From positions 128,001 to 192,000 of the forward strand of contig JACKPA010000012.1 of the NCBI GenBank assembly GCA_024233865.1: a stretch of DNA of 64,000 bases, given 5' to 3'. Origin of the DNA: Leptospiraceae bacterium (GTDB lineage: Bacteria > Spirochaetota > Leptospiria > Leptospirales > Leptospiraceae). The position numbers and the translations under genes were made by a program. Positions 60,368 through 64,000 of this stretch are shown here, one piece after another. Position 1 is the stretch's first letter. Every line of letters begins with the position of its first letter. The notes beneath the pieces are model-generated. The model was not told the DNA's origin. It ran no database searches and was given only the letters and a program-made list of their open reading frames with translations.

Positions 60368-61660
60368 TTAAAACAAAATATTATAAACTAAAATATTATA
60401 GATACTCAATCCAAGTAAAAACAAAAATCCATAAATTCCCACTCGGTTACGAGCAAAGCCAAGAGTATACAAACCTTTCAAAAAATTATTGGAAGCAGTC
60501 GCTAGTGTAATTGCCAATACGGATGTATTAATGACTATTTCCTGATTCGATTGTATGATACTCAGAATAAAGGGGTCAACATCCATAAATCCCATTGCCA
60601 CTGCTAAAGTATAGATGCCTGAACTTCCCAAAAAAGCAGTTGCATAGTGGTTGGCAGTTGTTACCAAAACAAACAAAAAGGCAAAAATAACTGCTGAGAC
60701 GAGGTCAAGTGGGTTTGTATTATTTTCTTGTGTCTCATCTTTTTGTGATTGAGTTGGGCTTTCTTGAAAGTTGCTTTTGTATCCAAAATATCGGTATACA
60801 AATAGGGAAACAAAAATTCCCGTAAAAGAGGTGGTTAAAAAAGTCCAAAACATCTCCCAAAAAATTGCTTGGTTAAACAAATAAACCAAAATCAATACCC
60901 TCAAATACATAACGGAAGACGCAACTAAAATAGAAGAAGCGTATTGATACGTTTTATTTTTTTCTTGCGAAATCGACTGTTTGGCAAGCACAACTGTAGT
61001 AACGGTGCTAGAATAAGTTCCACCCAAAATTGCCGTAAAAAACAATCCGCCTCTTCCTTTCAAAAAAATTTGTAGCAGATAACTCACATAAGAAATGCCG
61101 TTTACAACCACGATGATCAACCAAATTCTAAACGGGTTGAGATTAAAAGGTGTGAATTCTTTATTTGGTACTACTGGTAGTATAACCAAAGAAAGCAGCA
61201 GAAATTTCACAAAGGTCATAACTTCATTGGAGGGAATTTTTAAAACGAGGTTTTGCAAATAAGATTTGCTATGCAGAAGCAAGGTCATTATAATTGTTAT
61301 TGCCAAAGGTAACCAATAGTCTCCCTTAGCGGTAAATCCTGCGATTAAATAGGTAATGAGTGCGGACAATTCGGTTTTTAGGTCTGTTTTTCCTTCTAAT
61401 TTTAAGTTGTAATTGTAATATAAAACCAGTAGTGAGCTGATACTCAAGAGTCCGAAAATATAGGGAAGTAGGCTTGCTCCGTCTACCAATGCCAAGGAGT
61501 AACCAAGCAAACCGATCAAGGGGTAAGTTCGGACTCCCCCGAATTTTAAAGTGGAATTTTGAGTGCTACTTTCTCTTTCGATACCTATTAAAAAGCATAA
61601 GAGTAGGGTATAAAATAAGCCCAAAGCTTCTACCGGGATAATTGTTAAGTAATAATCCAT
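60368..61660 (-). CDS. MgtC/SapB-family N-terminal domain + DUF4010 membrane protein
   Basis: LLLCFLIGIERE matches the MgtC signature; multi-TM throughout. Confidence 0.6.
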   Translation of the reverse strand: MDYYLTIIPVEALGLFYTLLLCFLIGIERESSTQNSTLKFGGVRTYPLIGLLGYSLALVDGASLLPYIFGLLSISSLLVLYYNYNLKLEGKTDLKTELSALITYLIAGFTAKGDYWLPLAITIIMTLLLHSKSYLQNLVLKIPSNEVMTFVKFLLLSLVILPVVPNKEFTPFNLNPFRIWLIIVVVNGISYVSYLLQIFLKGRGGLFFTAILGGTYSSTVTTVVLAKQSISQEKNKTYQYASSILVASSVMYLRVLILVYLFNQAIFWEMFWTFLTTSFTGIFVSLFVYRYFGYKSNFQESPTQSQKDETQENNTNPLDLVSAVIFAFLFVLVTTANHYATAFLGSSGIYTLAVAMGFMDVDPFILSIIQSNQEIVINTSVLAITLATASNNFLKGLYTLGFARNRVGIYGFLFLLGLSIYNILVYNILF

Positions 61661-61697
61661 TAAATTCGTTTTTCCTAAAATTCTAAAAAGTTTTTAT

Positions 61698-63134
61698 TTA
61701 CCGAATAACCAAAGGTATCCAAAAATAAGATAGAATGGTGATGAGTATGGAAAACAGAATACTTAACCAAATGCCACCTTTTACCATTTGGGGAATGGAT
61801 ACATAACCGGTTGCATAAACTATGGCATTGGGTGGAGTTCCTACCGGAAGCATAAATGCACAACTGGCTCCCAGAGTTGCCGGAATAGCAAGCACAATAG
61901 GACTATAACCCATACCTTCGGAAATAGATGCTACAATAGGTAAAAATGCTGCCGCCGTTGCTGTATTACTGGTTACTTGTGACAATAGCATGATCATTAC
62001 GGTAATTAAAAATATAACAATTGATATATGCAAGTCCAAAAAAGCATTTGCGTAGCTTCCTATCCACTGAGCGAGTTTTGTTTTTTCTATAAAGTTTGCC
62101 AAGCTTAAACCCCCTCCAAACAGCAAAAGTACTTCCCAAGGAATTTTGGTAGCCATTTTCCAATCCATTAAAAATTCACCTTTTTTGAAATCCGTAGGAA
62201 TCAAAAACAGAATTATTCCTCCGAAAATGGCGATGGTAGAATCTGAAATAAAGGGGAAGAATCTAGCAATCACCGGTTGAATAATCCACAATATGGCAGT
62301 TGAACAAAAAACGACTCCAACAATAATTTCTTCTTTGGAAATTTTACCCAGTTTATCAAGCTCCTCTCTGATTAAATCTTTTCCCTTGGCAATTTCTTTT
62401 ATACGCAAAGGAAAAGCTATTTTTGTCAGGATATAAATGGAAATAGGAGTAGAAAATATAACAAGGGGTAATCCGATTAGCATCCATTGCCCGAATCCGA
62501 TTTCCATTTTGTAAGATTGAGTTAAAAAAGCAGCCAAAAGAGCATTTGGTGGGGTTCCAATCAATGTTCCCAATCCCCCTATGCTTCCACCAAAAGCAAT
62601 GCTTAGCATAAGTGATGTAGAGAAGTTTTGAAATTCATTAGGATGCTGTGCTTGAGAATTTACGAGTTTGATGATAGAAATGCCAATGGGGACCATCATA
62701 AGTGTGGTAGCTGTGTTGCTCGCCCATAAACTAATAAAAGCCGTAGTCACGAAAAATCCGGTAATAATCATTACAGGCTTGGTGGCTAGCTTTATAGAAT
62801 GGAGAGCAATTCGAATGTGTAACCTCCACTTTTCCATTGCAAGAGCCAGTAAAAATCCGCCTAAAAATAAAAATATCAACGGATTGGAATAAGGAGCAGA
62901 AGATTCCCGAATGTTACCTACACCGGTTAAAGGGAAAAGAACCAAAGGAAGTAGAGATGTGACCGGAATCGGAATTGCTTCGGTCAGCCATAAAACCGCC
63001 ATGCACAAGCCTATAATAGCGGTTTTCCAACCTTCCGGCGATAAACCGCTTGGTGGAGTAAAAACAAGAAAGGATAATAAGATAGGAGTTATCAAAAACC
63101 CAGAAATTTGTCTCAAATTCAATTTGGAAACCAA
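61698..63134 (-). CDS. DASS/SLC13-family anion (sulfate/dicarboxylate):Na+ symporter
   Basis: 478 aa, ~14 TM helices, two SxNTA/TPPN-like re-entrant motifs (SNTATT...GTPPNA twice). Confidence 0.65.
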   Translation of the reverse strand: MVSKLNLRQISGFLITPILLSFLVFTPPSGLSPEGWKTAIIGLCMAVLWLTEAIPIPVTSLLPLVLFPLTGVGNIRESSAPYSNPLIFLFLGGFLLALAMEKWRLHIRIALHSIKLATKPVMIITGFFVTTAFISLWASNTATTLMMVPIGISIIKLVNSQAQHPNEFQNFSTSLMLSIAFGGSIGGLGTLIGTPPNALLAAFLTQSYKMEIGFGQWMLIGLPLVIFSTPISIYILTKIAFPLRIKEIAKGKDLIREELDKLGKISKEEIIVGVVFCSTAILWIIQPVIARFFPFISDSTIAIFGGIILFLIPTDFKKGEFLMDWKMATKIPWEVLLLFGGGLSLANFIEKTKLAQWIGSYANAFLDLHISIVIFLITVMIMLLSQVTSNTATAAAFLPIVASISEGMGYSPIVLAIPATLGASCAFMLPVGTPPNAIVYATGYVSIPQMVKGGIWLSILFSILITILSYFWIPLVIR

Positions 63135-63203
63135 TTTTTCTCCATTTACGATTCCAACCGCAATTTTGTCAACTGCTAATCTATAGGAGCGGTTACTATA
63201 TTT

Positions 63204-64000
63204 CTATTCTACTACAATTCGTGGAATGTTCGGATTAATCCTGGTGACAACATCATAATTGATTGTTCCGATCATAGAAGCCATATCATCAGCAGAAATA
63301 ATTTCATTGCCGGATTTGCCAATTAGTACAACCTCTTCACCGATTTTTGGATTCTGTATGTGCGTAACGTCTATAATGGTCATATTCATACAAACTCTTC
63401 CGAGGATTGGAGCTCGCTCACCTCTCACCAAAACATAGCCTTGGTTGGAAAGTCTTCTGTCCAATCCTTCGTAATAACCAACCGGAATTACCGCAGTTTT
63501 GGTAGGATAGTTGGTTTTGTAGGTAGAGCCATAACCTATATATGAACCGGTATTGAGGTCTTGGATATGAACAATTCCTGTTTTCCATGTTAAAACGGGT
63601 TGTAGATGAAATGTTGTATTTCCCATCAAAGATAAAGAAAGCCTTGTTTGGATACTGGGCCAAAGCCCGTACAAGGAAATTCCGACTCTGACCATATCTA
63701 ACTTCGCTTCCGGAAACAGCATGGTTGAAGCAGAAGAAGCTGCGTGAAGCTTCAAATTGTTGTAGCCAATTTTTTTTGCGTATTCATTGTATTGCTGAAA
63801 AGTTGTCAGCTGCTGCATGGAGTAAGAATGTTCCGTGAAATCTTCTGTACTGGCGAAGTGTGTCATAAGCCAATTTATAGGAAGATTATCGGATTTTAAT
63901 TCATCTAGCATCTTGTACAAAGTTTTTCCAGAATACCCTAGTCTACCCATTCCGGAATCGACTTTAAGGTGTATCTGGGGACGTTGAGAAAACCGGTTTA
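63204..64000 (-). CDS. alr: Alanine racemase (3' part in window; gene continues past 64000)
   Basis: The frame stays open upstream of the tracked Met through KVDSGMGRLGY (Alr barrel region) to the window end. The C-terminal beta domain has VCMNMTIIDVT. Confidence 0.7.
   Translation of the reverse strand, partial: NRFSQRPQIHLKVDSGMGRLGYSGKTLYKMLDELKSDNLPINWLMTHFASTEDFTEHSYSMQQLTTFQQYNEYAKKIGYNNLKLHAASSASTMLFPEAKLDMVRVGISLYGLWPSIQTRLSLSLMGNTTFHLQPVLTWKTGIVHIQDLNTGSYIGYGSTYKTNYPTKTAVIPVGYYEGLDRRLSNQGYVLVRGERAPILGRVCMNMTIIDVTHIQNPKIGEEVVLIGKSGNEIISADDMASMIGTINYDVVTRINPNIPRIVVE

Overview
AT-rich (~33% GC) bacterial chromosomal segment. Gene content (many PAS histidine kinases, a CheB-CheR fusion, ankyrin lipoproteins, FadL-like outer-membrane protein) resembles a Leptospira-like spirochete; this is not confirmable from sequence alone. 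Three parts stand out. (1) 1-11.6 kb is a defense island on the minus strand. It holds a type IIG restriction-modification gene (nuclease + N6-adenine methyltransferase + target-recognition domain) in two tandem copies. Copy 1 is intact and runs off the window start; copy 2 is decayed by frameshifts. Between the copies sit a DUF4160/DUF2442 pair, a VapBC module and a remnant of a target-recognition domain 3' end. Next come a HEPN/nucleotidyltransferase pair and a 1110-aa phospholipase-D-nuclease/SNF2-helicase fusion protein. Short GC-rich hairpin elements are inserted in-frame in the restriction-modification gene. (2) 36.9-43.6 kb is a second accessory island. It has four paralogs plus one deletion derivative of a ~200-aa PD-(D/E)xK protein resembling the HsdR N-terminal domain; a fifth paralog lies at 23.3 kb. 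They are interleaved with VapBC-like and MqsRA toxin-antitoxin modules, a Uma2 endonuclease, a beta-lactamase-family hydrolase and an ankyrin lipoprotein. (3) Housekeeping and signalling genes: asd, a bile-acid:sodium symporter, an ABC exporter, a UbiB-family kinase, an AhpD-like + radical-SAM ArsS pair, five sensor histidine kinases, CheB-CheR-PAS, an RND permease, a tandemly duplicated secreted lipase plus a putative foldase, CapD-like dehydratase, MgtC-like and DASS permeases, and alanine racemase. No rRNA, tRNA, CRISPR array or transposase/integrase gene was recognised. All product calls are from motif recognition by eye; no database search was possible.
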